Positions 1 through 13,002 of a stretch of DNA of 64,000 nt are shown here, in pieces (the first letter of the stretch is position 1; each line of letters opens with the position of its first letter). The notes under the pieces are model-generated. The model searched no databases. It saw only the letters and a program-made list of their open reading frames with translations, and was not told the DNA's origin. Position numbers and translations under genes: made by a program. The stretch spans positions 3,968,001 through 4,032,000 of the forward strand of contig JBHGNT010000004.1 of NCBI GenBank assembly GCA_043228905.1, read 5' to 3'. This stretch comes from Azolla caroliniana. Its lineage: Eukaryota > Plantae > Polypodiophyta.

Positions 1-50
1 TTGTTTCTCAAATCTAAAGTCAAGGGGTCAATCTTAATCTCCCTCTCTCT

Positions 51-509
51 TAACAATCGACAACGGTTCGGTTGGTTTGAACCGAACCGAACCGCGAAAC
101 CGCGGTTTAACGGCATAACGGTTTCAACAGTAAAAAACCATTGTTTTAACGGTTTAACGGTTTTTATTTTTTATTTAAAAAATTTAAAAAAATTTCTAAA
201 AATTTCTAAATTTTGTTTTTAAACAATCTTTTCATTTTTACACCTTATTCTCACATTTTAGGAACATCTAAAAAATTCTAAAAATTCTAAATAATGAAAT
301 ATTATAAATTTTTAAAAATATTATAAATTTGACCTATGTTGAAAACCGAAACCGAACCACGAAACCGTGGTTTTTACGGTTTAATGGTTTAACAGTTTGA
401 AAAATGTTTAACGGTTCCGTGGTTCGGTTCGGTTAGGTTCAAGTTTCAGAAAATGAAAACGGTTCGGTTTGGACCCTCTCAAACCGAACCGAACCGTCGC
501 CGATTGTTA
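51..509. mobile_element. hAT-type MITE
   Basis: Imperfect ~30-bp TIRs (TAACAATCGACAACGGTTCGG ... CCGAACCGTCGCCGATTGTTA); 8-bp TSD CTCTCTCT at 43-50 and 510-517; many AAACCG/CGGTT subterminal motifs; AT-rich centre. Confidence 0.85.
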
Positions 510-1856
510 CTCTCTCTCCATCTCAATCTTTCTCTCGCCATATCAATCTCTCTCAATCTATCTTAAATACTTTCTCGCTAAAGCTAGTACAAACTTCGAA
601 TCCTTCTGGTCCAGGACCTCGGTAGTTACGCCTCACGATCTGCACATAGTGACGGATTTTCACGACACCGTGGGCATAAATAATTTGCCAATTTGTGGAG
701 GAAGTGGGTATATACCATGAGCATTTAACTATCCATAATATATTATGTTTTAACAATTATTGCTTTCAAGGCAACAATGTTTGAAATTGTTTAATTAGAG
801 AGCCCTAGAGTATAGAGAATATAATAATTCTTTGGTAATAGAGGTGATGGCAACTGCAACGATATTACATTGGGATGGAAAAGAAAGTCTCAACTCATAG
901 TTCAATTGAATGGCAAGGCTTGGCTTGGAAACAGTGGAAGATTTCGTTCTAGAGTCACATAGGAAAATGATGACCTTTCAAATAGTCCGAAGTAAGTTTT
1001 GCATACCACATGGATATGGGTATATTTGGCAATCAATATTGGCATTGCCTAGTCTAGATTTCCCAAATAGTGATTGCTCTCTCTCTCTCAATAAAGGATG
1101 TTAGTTAACAACACACATAAGAAGAATAAAGGAAAATAACAACTTCTTATTATAATAGAGTATTTAGCACATATAAAAAAAGTGGTGTGCTTAGGGTTTT
1201 GAGTAATTACCTCTTAACCCTAAGTATTTTTAACTCAAATGGAAGATTAGAGGGATAGAGTGAGAGCTCTTAACAGTCTAATGAAAGGCGAAAACCCAAG
1301 AATGTTCAATGGAGAAGAGCTACAAAAGTCACAAAAGAGTGGCTTATATAGCATTTTACAAAGGGGTGGGTTAATTTTACACTAACGTGTCCACTGACGA
1401 CAAACCTTTCTATCAAAATTTACTATATCCCCCTTTTCCCTAATGTCTTGTTGACATTGGTGTCTCTTTGTTGGTGCCTTTGTGTCCACAACATGTGCCT
1501 CGAATGGCAGATACTTAACAAATTCAAGCATCATTAACATGCAGTTTTCTGTCACCTTTTAAATGAGGTTTCATTGATGGTACTAGAGCTCTACCCACCC
1601 CCATCATATCAAGAGGTGTTTGACAACCGTAGGTATCGGGGGGGGGGGGGGGGGGGGGATGTGGTATAGTGTATAATTGGAGCATGAGAAATGGGTTCCT
1701 ATTTGATGAACTTCGTGGGATACCACGACAACTCTATAGGTTGAAAGGAAGGCTGATTTGGCAATTTTCGCAACTATGATGTATGGGGAATGAGGTCTCG
1801 AGAAGAGGTAGGTTTACACTATCTAGCATTACAACACTTAGAGAGGGTTTAGCGTG

Positions 1857-2872
1857 CAGTAGACATTCGGTTAAGTGTGTGCCCACTTAAGTGCACCATT
1901 CTATTAAATGCACTTTTTATAGAGGTCAAAATCCAGATAAAAAAAATTACATTGTTTCATGACGAAATTACATTAAACCAAATTGAAACTATGCTCTAAA
2001 CATTCAGAAAATAACAAAAGGAGTTTTTGTGTGTATGTGTATGCGTGTCATGTGTTCTATGTGTGTGTGTGTGCGTTTACGATTACGAGTCTTAGATTCC
2101 AACTGAGTAAGCGGTTCATTCTAGAATTTTCCTTCTGTCTCTATGGCTAGAGCAACCCCTTTCAGCTTTTTAACTCTACTATGAAGTTCTCCAAGTTCTT
2201 CATCAACATCAATCACCTTGCAGACATCCACTCTAATTTGCAACTGATCATTCGGTGTTGGTATACGATTATTTCGACCTTGCTTGTGGTTAATTGCCAT
2301 GATGATATCTTGATGATCGTGAATAGTCAAGTTTTTGTAGCAATCGGCCGCGAATGCGAGCTCTCCTTCTCCATGTGGAACAAAACTTCTGCATGTGCTG
2401 CATGCATGCGTGTGTGCATGCTCTTTTCTTGCATGAAGAAAACCTCTTTCCCTCCCTCTCTCTTTTCCTGTTTCCTCCATCTGTACTTCGATTCCTCAAA
2501 CCTACCACTAGCAGGAAGAAAACACAAGAAAAAATCTCATTGCATCCAAGGAAGTCCATTAGGTTTGTTGCATAGATGGATGTATTCCTTAGATGTAGCA
2601 AAAAAGGCAAAAACAGAAGGTAATCTAGAATTGAGAAAGAAACAGAAGAGTGAAGAGTATGTATGTATGCTAAAACCAGAAACGTTTCAAGTAAATTATA
2701 TCACGTAAATTGATCATTTTTCTTATCAAGAATGATATGATTAGAGCACAGAAGGATAATATTTCAAAGAACCCTAAAAATTTCCAAATCACCCTAAAAT
2801 GTTTTAGAAAACCCCTAAGTGCGCACTTCTTCATTGCGTCCAAAAAGTGCGCACTTAACCGAATGTCTATTG
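1857..2872. mobile_element. Non-autonomous Tc1/mariner (pogo/Tigger-like) element
   Basis: TIRs CAGTAGACATTCGGTTAAGTG (1857) and CACTTAACCGAATGTCTATTG (ends 2872); TA follows on the right, TG precedes on the left; no transposase ORF recognised. Confidence 0.7.
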
Positions 2873-2983
2873 TATATGTATATGTCACTACGGAGATGAC
2901 GAAGTGGACCTTAGAGATAGATAGCCAAGGTTTTTTAGTATCAAAATCTTGTTATAACAACAAACATAGATGGATTTTAGTAG

Positions 2984-4225
2984 AGAGAGAAAGAAAGAAA
3001 GAAAGAAAGATATATTAACGTCTTCTAAGGCCAAAATTGGCCCATGAGACAAATGGTGTACAACAAAAATGGGATATTTACCCATTCATCGAAAGTAAAA
3101 ATAAAATTAAGATAAAATAGAGTTTAAGCTAAATAGTTCTAAGAAAACAACAAACATGTTCTATATAAAAAACATGTTCTACAATGAGAATGATTCTATA
3201 CTAGGCCTAATTTCATTTCCATCCAAGTCTCTCGAAGAGAAGCGGGGGGTCAAAGGGTTGCCATGATGTGGATGTGGCCCGTGGTCCCCATGTAAGAGGT
3301 ACCCCAACCATAGCTTCGAGTCGGCGTAGCTCACGTTCCCTTATCTTCTTAATCTTTTCTACTCCACGTTGACTTGTGTTGAAGCCCAACATCCGAGGAC
3401 GTTTGGTTGCTCTTTGTATTTCTGCTTCCTCAAGGGAGAGGCCGAGCGGCATAAGTGTATCCACATTCATCGTCTCCCCATGTTCCTGAAAAATTACACT
3501 AGGTACATGTTGATGAGTAGTAAAAGGGTTATGATTAACACTTTGTAATTTATCCTCCCTATGTTGTTTTAGCTCTAAGATATACCTACCTAGTCTCTTT
3601 ACACTCGGGGTATCTAATAGTTTGGAGAGGGTGGGAGAGGGTCCTAGTATGTCTTGGTATTCCGCCCGTATCTCGGCATAAGTTGGGCACTTGCATGTGA
3701 AGTGATACTCATCCTCTATCTCTATGTGGCATAACCTACATAGCCTTTCCTCTCTAGGGACTCTATTAGCTCGACCATTCTCAATCTCAAGTTGGTGAGA
3801 TGATATCCTAAGTTGTCCAATGGCCACCCTTAGTGCATTTGATAAGAAAGTATCTAGGTATCTTGGTCGTGTAATAAACCCTAACTTAGAGAAGTGCAAG
3901 AAGTGTTCCTTATAGTACACCATTTTAGATGGGAGTGGCTCTCGTGGGGTGATCCATTTGTATCGAGTGTAGATTTGCCATATGTCTTGGCGTATCACTT
4001 TATTACGATCTTCACGAGAGATTAAAGTTTGATCAGTCCCATGGTTGTACTTAAGGGGAGGTAGGTTATTAATGTCTATGCCATTTGCAAATAACCAACT
4101 CACCACAATGCTATACCAAGAGTTGGTGTCTCCAGACACATGTAAGGATCGGGATGCCTCAAAGGCTCGACGGGATATCCTATCTTGTGGTTGACTATGT
4201 ATCCGATGAATAAAAGCTACCACTT
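2984..4225 (-). mobile_element. 5'-truncated non-LTR retrotransposon (RTE-X-like LINE 3' end)
   Basis: ORF 3213-4223 contains QLRISSHQLEIENGR...CRLC...EDEYHFTCKCPTY, typical of the C-terminus of RTE-X-type LINEs; no RT core present; (GA)n/(GAAA)n on both sides. Confidence 0.8.
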
Positions 4226-4318
4226 GAGAGAGAGAGAGAGAGCATTCTAAGGCAGCCCCAAGGGCTAACTAAACCCTTCAATTTTTATTTCTTTCTTCTG
4301 TTTGTTCTCCCCCCTAAA

Positions 4319-4330
4319 CACATACATACA

Positions 4331-4361
<31 letters not shown>

Positions 4362-4842
4362 CATACATACATACATACAATACATACATACAATACATAC
4401 AATACATACGTACATACAATATATACATACATACATACATACATACATACATACATACAATACATACATTACATACAATACATACATACATACATACATA
4501 CATACATACATACAATACATACATACATACAATACATACGTACATACATACAATACATACAATACATACAATACATACGTACATACAATATATACATACA
4601 TACATACATACATACAATACATACATTACATACAATACATACATACATACATACATACATACATACATACATACAATACATACATACATACATACATAGA
4701 TACATACATAGATACATACATACATACATACATACAATACATACAATACATACATACATACATACATACATACATACATACAATACATACATACATACAT
4801 ACAATACATACATACATACATACAATACATACATACATACAT
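4319..4842. repeat. Compound (TACA)n microsatellite, ~520 bp
   Basis: Directly visible CATA/TACA repeats with TACAA, TACG and TAGA variants. Confidence 0.97.
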
Positions 4843-4971
4843 ATAAGAAGAACAGTATCTTGTCTCTGTCTGTCTCTGAACTCTGTTTCAGTCAAAACCC
4901 ACAGAGGAGGAGGAGGAGGAAGATGCCATGATGTAACACCTCCAGGAGGAGCAACAGAGCAGAACAAACCA

Positions 4972-7954
4972 ATGGCATCCGCGATGCTTTCTAGGGTTCT
5001 TTTTGGGGCAGGCAGGCGCTTGAGACTCGCCTCTCCTTCTTCTTTACCTTCCTCCTCATCGCTATTGTCATCATCATCATCATCATCATCTTCTTCTTCT
5101 CGTTCTTCCCTCTGCGCAAAGTCGCCTTTTGCTCTCTCTATGGTAAATTTTATAATCGTTTCTCTTAATTTTTGTGGCTTCACGCTAGAGATTAAAATGA
5201 AAAGTTCCTTCCTTTTAGCTCGTTTTTAAGTGCAAAAATTCGTTGTTTTGAAATGAGAACCATTTTGCAGAATAATGTCTTACTGCTAGTTTCTTTGTTT
5301 CTTTGGAACACTAGATTTGTGTCTGTTTCTATCTTTCATGTCTCTTTGGCTCTGGTTATCTTGAATGCAATGCAGTGGTGACAACAAAGAAAGGAAATCT
5401 GAGTATAATGTAATTCCCACTTGCAAGATTTCAAAAATTACCTTCAAGTTGTGAGATTGGAGGTTACAAGTATTTTCAACTATGCATATGTTTGGCAATA
5501 AAAACCTTGTAAATGGTGAAATATTTGTTAGTGAGAATTAAGTTCAGCAAACTTAGATGAAGATTTATTTAGAGCTTGCTAAAGAAAAATTCGAACACCT
5601 GAAAAAGGACATATTTTTGAGACCACTATGCTTGATTGTATGTACTGTCATAACTTGCATAATCATGCCTCATCCAACCGAGATCTTGTTAGATGCAGGA
5701 ATCTTATTACAAAGATACCACATCCAATGTGGATTCTGCGACAAGCATATACTTGGACCTATAGTTTAATAGTCATGCTACATCTAAAATATTGTGATGT
5801 CGTACACGTAACTATGCATCGATTATGCAGCTTGAGTCAAATTAAGCCTTTTAAATAGCTTAATTAGCAAATGGACACCCTTTGGCTGAATCATTATCAG
5901 GATAACTATTGTCTGGGCAGGACCTAGACTTTTGTCATTTAAAGAGTTTAGGCATCACTTCATTTTTTAGGGATACACCCTCAACAATGGTGGCAGAACC
6001 AGCTATGTTCTTAAATGTCGTCATATGGACAAACCAGTCATCTTTCCTTTACAATGTGGATATAGAACTTCATTGTTTATCCAACAAGCTTCTAGTTGGC
6101 TGATTGGGTCTCAGCTCAGGAAAGTATTTTGATTGGCAGGAGATTTCTTACCGTCGCTGTTATCCTGATTAATCCTTGATATAGATTTAAATCGTGCCTT
6201 GACAAATTGATGATGTACCTGCAGAATCGTCACTTTTCATCTAAATTTCCTGGGGATTCAGGGAATGGGAAAGGGAATTCCAGAAACGGTGAGGAAGATC
6301 TCGGAGAACCTCGCCTATTTGGCGAAGGAGGATTATTTGGTAAATCTATTTCAGAAGACCAGTCTACAAAGGATTGGGATGAGCAAGAGGATGATCAGCC
6401 CCCTCCTGCATGGTCATCGTTTTCACCTGATAAACCAGATTATGAAGAAATGTATGAGGATCAGGAGTGGGCTCCTGGTGAGGAAAGGGTGTTTGCTCAG
6501 CCGACGGTTGAGGATTATATACCTGGACAAGAATTGGAAACTGAGGAGGGATGGAGCGCTGTTGTAACGGAGAAAGGTTTCAGTGCTGAAGTTTCAACCA
6601 CTGTAACCGAAAAGGATATAAAGTATGATTGGATGCCTCAAGAAGACATGGCACCATCTTATATTGGCCGATGGGGTCCTGATGGTCGTCTTCTCAAGGG
6701 AAAGCCTCAACTCCCTCTGGATGAGGATATTTATCCTGTAGCAGGTATGTTTTCTTAAGTTTCTGTCTATTAAAAGTCAGAATGGTTTATTTTCATTTAG
6801 GCTTTAGTTTAGCCCTTATGATGTAAAATCCATGCATCCGATATTGGTTTTTATCTGACTGTGTCAATGCATTTCATCAAACTGATCAGAAGTTGTGGTT
6901 ATATTAGCATTCACTCACCAGCTAATCTTGTTAGGAAAGCCATATATAGAATGTTTGATTTAGTTTTTGGTTTTTGGTTTTCTTGATGCATGTGATATGC
7001 TGTTTCATTTCTCTCATAATTAGGATCTTAATGTTGCACTTTCATGCTATTATTTTGTTTGTGATCAATAATGTAAAAGATCACCAAAATAGAGAAATCA
7101 TTCAATTAATCTCATGCGGTGAAAGATGTTAAAAGGAACCACAATTTCTTTATGTGCCATGATTTGATTTGAATGCGTTATCTTGCAAAATTGTCTATGA
7201 TAAGCGACAGTTTAGAGGTATTTCGAACACATTGCTGTATAATGTGAACCCATTGAAAGATAGAAAAAGGAACTGCAATGTTTTTATGTTACCATCATTC
7301 GATTTGAGTGCTTTTATCTTGCAAATTCTCCATATGATAAGCGAGAGTCTAGAGGTACATCAAACATGTTACCAAATAATGTGAATCCATTAGTAGTGTC
7401 ACTCAATTGATATCATATCATTTTCCTCATCATCTAGAGAGAGAATAGAATAGAAGAGATTTTTTATTGTCCTAAGAAGGGGGTTTACTACTCTGTTGTA
7501 GAACTCTTTACATGAAAATAGCGCGCACACACACACACACACATATAGATAGATACATACATATAGATAGATAGATAGATAGATAGATTCTATTATTGTC
7601 TTGGGAGGTCAAGTATGACCTATGAGACAAAAAATATTACATTTCACGTAATACATGTGAATGTGATTAGCGACTTGCGATGCTTTACCAATGAATGTTG
7701 CAATCAAGAGTGCACATTGTGGTTTTCAAAGAAATTCATGCAAGGATTGGGCTTAGTAAAAGATGTGTGGAAAGCATGGTCGAATATGATCATAGGCAGA
7801 GCATTGTATTAAAGTGTGAAACTTTGACTGTTGAACTTGTTTAGGGCAAAGTGTGCATAGTCAACCACTCCCATCACTTGTGCCCCGACGCTTTGTCTCA
7901 CATTGCAATGCATGTAAGCTAAGTCGCATGGAAACAATGATTCGAATGGCAGAC

Positions 7955-8020
<66 letters not shown>

Positions 8021-9902
8021 GACAGAGGAACCTACATCTGATGCCGCCTTTGGAGATTTGATCAAAAGAAGTGGATATACTGATGATGACATCGCTAATC
8101 TAATGGCTGGCTTTTATGAACCTGTTGGGCTGCCTCATTTGGATGATTACAAGTTTATTGACATGGATGCCGAAAGGAGGAAAAAGCGCAGGGAGGTTGA
8201 ACTAGAGAAACAAGCAGAAATGGCAAAACGTTGGGTGAGAAAAGTCGACGAGCAAGGTTTTGCCCATGCTGTGGGAAGGAGAAAGACGAGCAATGCCCGA
8301 GTGTGGATTAAAGAAGGTCGAGGAAGGATAGTCATTAATAAAATGCATCATGATATGTACTTTCCATCCATGGATGATCGAGTGCAGTATTTGGAACCAT
8401 TTGTTGTAACTGATACAGTGGGCATGTTTGATACATTTGTACTTGTCAGAGGTGGTGGCACAACAGGTACTTTTGAATGGTTTTTGCAGATGTCTTAAAG
8501 TCTGTTTGCATTCTGATTTTGGTTTATATGAAGGTCTGATTTGGTGCAAGTTGTTTATAACAAAAATAACTGAATTTGTATCTATATACTCTTGATCAGC
8601 TATTGACTAATGATGCTAGTGTGGATGGTTTTACTATTAACAATTTTATTCTATTCTTTATTTAATACCTTCTTAGAGTACTGTATTGTTTGAAAGATCG
8701 GTATCCTCTTCATCATGGCACCATAACTTGCATAGTATATAGTCAGATCACATTTTCAAGAAAATTCAAATTCAAGAGTTTTGCTGTTCTATTCCTATTG
8801 ACATATGCAGAAGGACACACATAATTAATAGGTTCTTGTGCAACTTGCCACATCAGATAAATGCACCATATCTTTTAGTCTAAGTTAATGGAAACATCAG
8901 TTTATAACATGTATTAGAATATAAGGTCACATGTGTTTTAATATTAATCCTACTTCCTATCCATGGGATCAAAAACCAAATACACATGTATACATTTATC
9001 ATTTAAAATTATATGCATTATCTTACAATGTAAGTCGGAAGGTTGTGGATGAAAGAATTCAGCAGATAAAAAAGAAAATATAAAATGATAAACAATTTAA
9101 GGGCATAATTAATTCCAAAAGTTAGCATTTTTTTCTGGCCATTTGTGAAGGGATCTTAAGAGATGAAAGTTTGGTAATTGAAAGTGCTCATGATGCCTTT
9201 ACCTTATTTCAGACTAGGTTTATTGCAGTCCTTTTAAGATTTCTTCCATGGGCTTTGCTTTTTTAAGATACAAAGATTTACTAATTAAATCTCTTATTGA
9301 CTTTTTGTCTTTCCTGGTAACTCTTCATTCAAAATTTAACTTTTTCCTTGTAGGTCAAGCTGGTGCTATAAGGCATGGGCTGAGCAGAGCCCTGATGTGG
9401 TTCGAACCTTCTTTGCGGGGAACTTTGAAAAGGGGTAAGCATTAATGCTAAAAAATATGTGCTCTATATCAAAACTTCCATGCTTGTTTTACCTTCTTAT
9501 ATGGAGAGAACTTCTTTCTTCTATTGGCTTTTGAAGGTAGAGGTACTAGCTGTATTATCTAACAAGGCTTATATTATACGAAAGCCAGGAATTAAGTGGT
9601 GCACCACTATGGATACATTGAATGTGTGTGTGTGAGAGATTTAAAGATCTTTATCCTCCATTTCTCAAGGTGGTTAATAGAAAACTAGTTTTTCTCTGAA
9701 TAGACTGAGCTATCATCTTATACAAGAATGTATGCATCATTTTCACTATAGAACTATGATGGAAGTCTACTTGCTGTATTTATTTTTGTACTTGTCTTTG
9801 TAAAAAACAGCTGGAATGCTTACAAGGGACCCCAGAATGGTTGAAAGAAAGAAACCAGGAAAGGCGAAGGCACGAAAAAGCTTCCAATGGGTCAAAAGAT
9901 GA
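4972..9902 (+). CDS. RPS9: Mitochondrial small-subunit ribosomal protein S9 (uS9m), 5 exons, ~434 aa
   Basis: join(4972..5142,6225..6744,8026..8466,9354..9434,9811..9902); all introns GT-AG and phase-compatible; Ser/Arg-rich N-terminal targeting peptide; S9 motifs [26 protein letters not shown] and [27 protein letters not shown]. Confidence 0.93.
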
Positions 9903-12746
9903 AATTATACTTGGAATGGTGATGAAAATTTCAGTTTTTTTTTAAGCCTTGTCTCTACAATAAATTTTTTCTCACCAAGTTTAGATTTTCTCAGATTTTT
10001 TAGAGTAGAACTCTGTAACAAAATGAAAAAGGTCAGGAAAAATTTCACAATATGCTAGATGGGTTTTCTTAGGCATTTCATTCTGAAAGTGTCTATAACT
10101 AATTTTTGTAGTAACATTTGGTGATAAAATATGGCCACCTTGGTTGCAAGGTATTTAGAATGTTTGAGAAAAGGTTCACCTATTTGGGGAATCAAACTTC
10201 GTGAAAAGAATTTTGAAAGCCCTAACACCTACTTGAACTGGACAGTACGCATATTTACTTTGTTCTTGCTCAAGCATACCATAGATTGATAGCATTGTTA
10301 TAGTAATGCTGGTGTTAACGGGAACTCCCTTATTAACTAACAGCTAGTTATGCTCTGTGACACTGGATTAATTGCTGAAAAAATATATTCTTTCAACAAA
10401 ATATTTAAAGCTATATATACATATATTTTAATTTGTGTTGTGATTCCACCAATTTTAACTGTCTATGTATTTGTTGAGCATAAAAACAATTAATCTATTA
10501 TTTAGTGTACTCAGCTTTTCAAACGGTCCAAGGTACAAAAAATGAGTTGCCAATATATGTATTTATGTTCTTGTGTAATATAGACCACAAGAATGAAGTA
10601 GGTTGTTTTTGTATTGTTGGATTTGAAGCCATATGGTCATGCAAGCTATTGTCTGCTTCCCTTGATGGATTGTTTGATTTCAAAAGTCAACCAGTGTAAA
10701 GCCATTCCAATTTGACATCCCAAATATGTGTAATATACTCTGTTTAGACTTCCTTTATGTCGCTAGAACATGCATTGAATGGCTTTACATTGGATGACTT
10801 TTTGTTCAATGCTTCAATATTCTTCAATGTAGAAGTACATTAAATTGGTCTAATTTGCTTGTGCATGGATGCATTTTTCTGTAGTTACACTAACAAAGCA
10901 TTTTTGAACTTTTGCTATAGTCATTCGAGCTAATGAGGACATTCATAATGTTACTTAGCTATGCTGTTGTTTGAAGGGAAAGTAATCGGCATGAAGACAA
11001 ATAAGCCAGTTATGCTAGGATCCAGATTTATAAGCATGTTAAATATATACGACAATTTTGTTAAAGAATAGAGAAGGAAACATAAGTTTAAACCTAATGT
11101 TCAAAATAAGATAAAATTGTAATATGATTACAATGTATTTCGTTTTAAAGTTTATGGATCATATGAAGCAAAGAACCACACTATCATATGTTTAGACGAC
11201 ATGAAATATGAAATGCCACTAAATTGTACGCTCATGTACCATAAGCTTAGGACAGAAGAGAGAGAGAGAGAGAGAGTTTTGATTCACAAGATGCCCCCAA
11301 TATATCCAATAGACATTATAAAAGAAAAACCAAATTTCCTTGACTTACAGGTGAGAACCGACCGAAACAATTTCTTGTGTGGTGGATGTACATAATCCGA
11401 AATATCACTTCATACTTTTGGTTACACATTGATTCGGGTTGCTATTGCAATGTACCGTGGCCATTTAGTGTGTTTTGTGATTGCAATGATACTGCTCCCT
11501 AAGCCCCTAAGCCCCTAAGCCCCAACCCCAAGTCTCAAAACCCCGAGCACGAAGCCAGTGAATCTCTAAACCCCTAAGCCCCTAAGCGCTTAAACTCTAA
11601 AAGTTGGGGAGTAGTTTTAGACAAGGCTATTTTTGCAGTTTCTCCAAATTTGAGTATACTTTCTGGGAGCAGAGGAAGAAGAGTCTGTCTGTGACGATTG
11701 AGTTTGTCTATACATATTTGTAGGTAGTTTCTGTTTTCTCTTTGGTTTAACCATGTTAATTTGTAGATGGCAAAAGGAAGTTTCTATTTCTCTTTTGGTG
11801 TTCTTTTTCTTTATCTTTTTTGTAGATTGCGAAAGAATGATTCCTTTTCTCTTTTGGTGCTCCTTATTTGTAGATGGAAAAATATTATGCAGAACAATGG
11901 AAATGGAGATTTCTTAAAGGCCATGTAGATGCTTGTAATATATGTAATGCAGGCATTTCTCAATCATCTCGCTTGGAAGATTGTTGGGAAAGTTTTGGTC
12001 TCTTAACTGTTGTTGAAACCCTCTCGGAACAATTAATTGGGCCTCATTTATGAAAATGGATGAGGACCATGACCAATTTGATTCCCTCTTGTCTCCTGCT
12101 CTGATCATAATGAAGAAGAAGGGGAGATCTTGTTGGAATTCCTAGGAGAAGCGGTTTTTTGGCGGGCGCCCGAAAAACCCTCGTTTTCTATATTAACTTA
12201 GTTACCTAGTGATAAATAGTGAGAATTACCTTTTTGGCCTTCCTCAGTATCTATCAATCTCCCACTAAAGGCCAAACAGATGAATATGTTACACAGTATA
12301 CAAAGTGTGTAACTTGAAGACCTAAGCAATTCCCATCAAGTGACAACAATGCTCTAGTGCATCATGCAGTAGAGCTTTGGTCAATGCGTCTGTGGCATTT
12401 TCTTGAGAGACAACTTTCTCAAGTCTGATGTAGCCAGTAGATATGCATTCTCTGATGATGTGATATCATACTCCAATGTGCTTGGTATTTGCGTGGTATA
12501 TTGGGTGTTCCGCCAATGCAATGGCACTCTACCTATCACAAAACAGTATGGGTACAAGTTTAGGTATGCCCATGTCACAAGATAATCTTGACAGCCATAC
12601 AGCTTCCCTGCATGCTTCACTAGCTGCAACGTACTCTGCTTCTGTAGTGGACAGGGCAATACACTCATCGAGACGAGATCTCTAAGATATGACACCTCCC
12701 ACAAACTGAAAAATGTACCCCGAAGTGGATTTTCTGCTGTCATAAC

Positions 12747-13002
12747 CATAGTATGAACCATACGTACATTCGCATTTGCGAATGTTTCAATCATTTGCAT
12801 AAGAAAAACACCCTCAAAGAATGATAAATACCATACTTTTGGATTAACTATTTATTATGAGGTAAATAAGCCTAAAAAGTGAAAAAAAAACATTAAAAAA
12901 ATGGGAAAAAAAACACAAGAATGTTTGAATAACATTTGCATTCGTTTTCCAACGTAGGAAAACGAATATTATGCTAGACGAACATGAATTTTACGTACTA
13001 TG
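12747..13002. mobile_element. hAT-type MITE inserted in the copia RT/RNaseH junction
   Basis: Ends CATAGTATG...CGTACTATG; 8-bp TSD GTCATAAC/GTCAGAAC; removal restores the host reading DYANCSDSRKSTSGY. Confidence 0.75.

Noticed and set aside
1638-1658. G21 homopolymer as a G-quadruplex element
   Set aside because: No supporting context, and homopolymer length is prone to sequencing error.
4285-4931. Long ORFs of MYVC/YIHT repeats
   Set aside because: Translation artefacts of the (TACA)n microsatellite.
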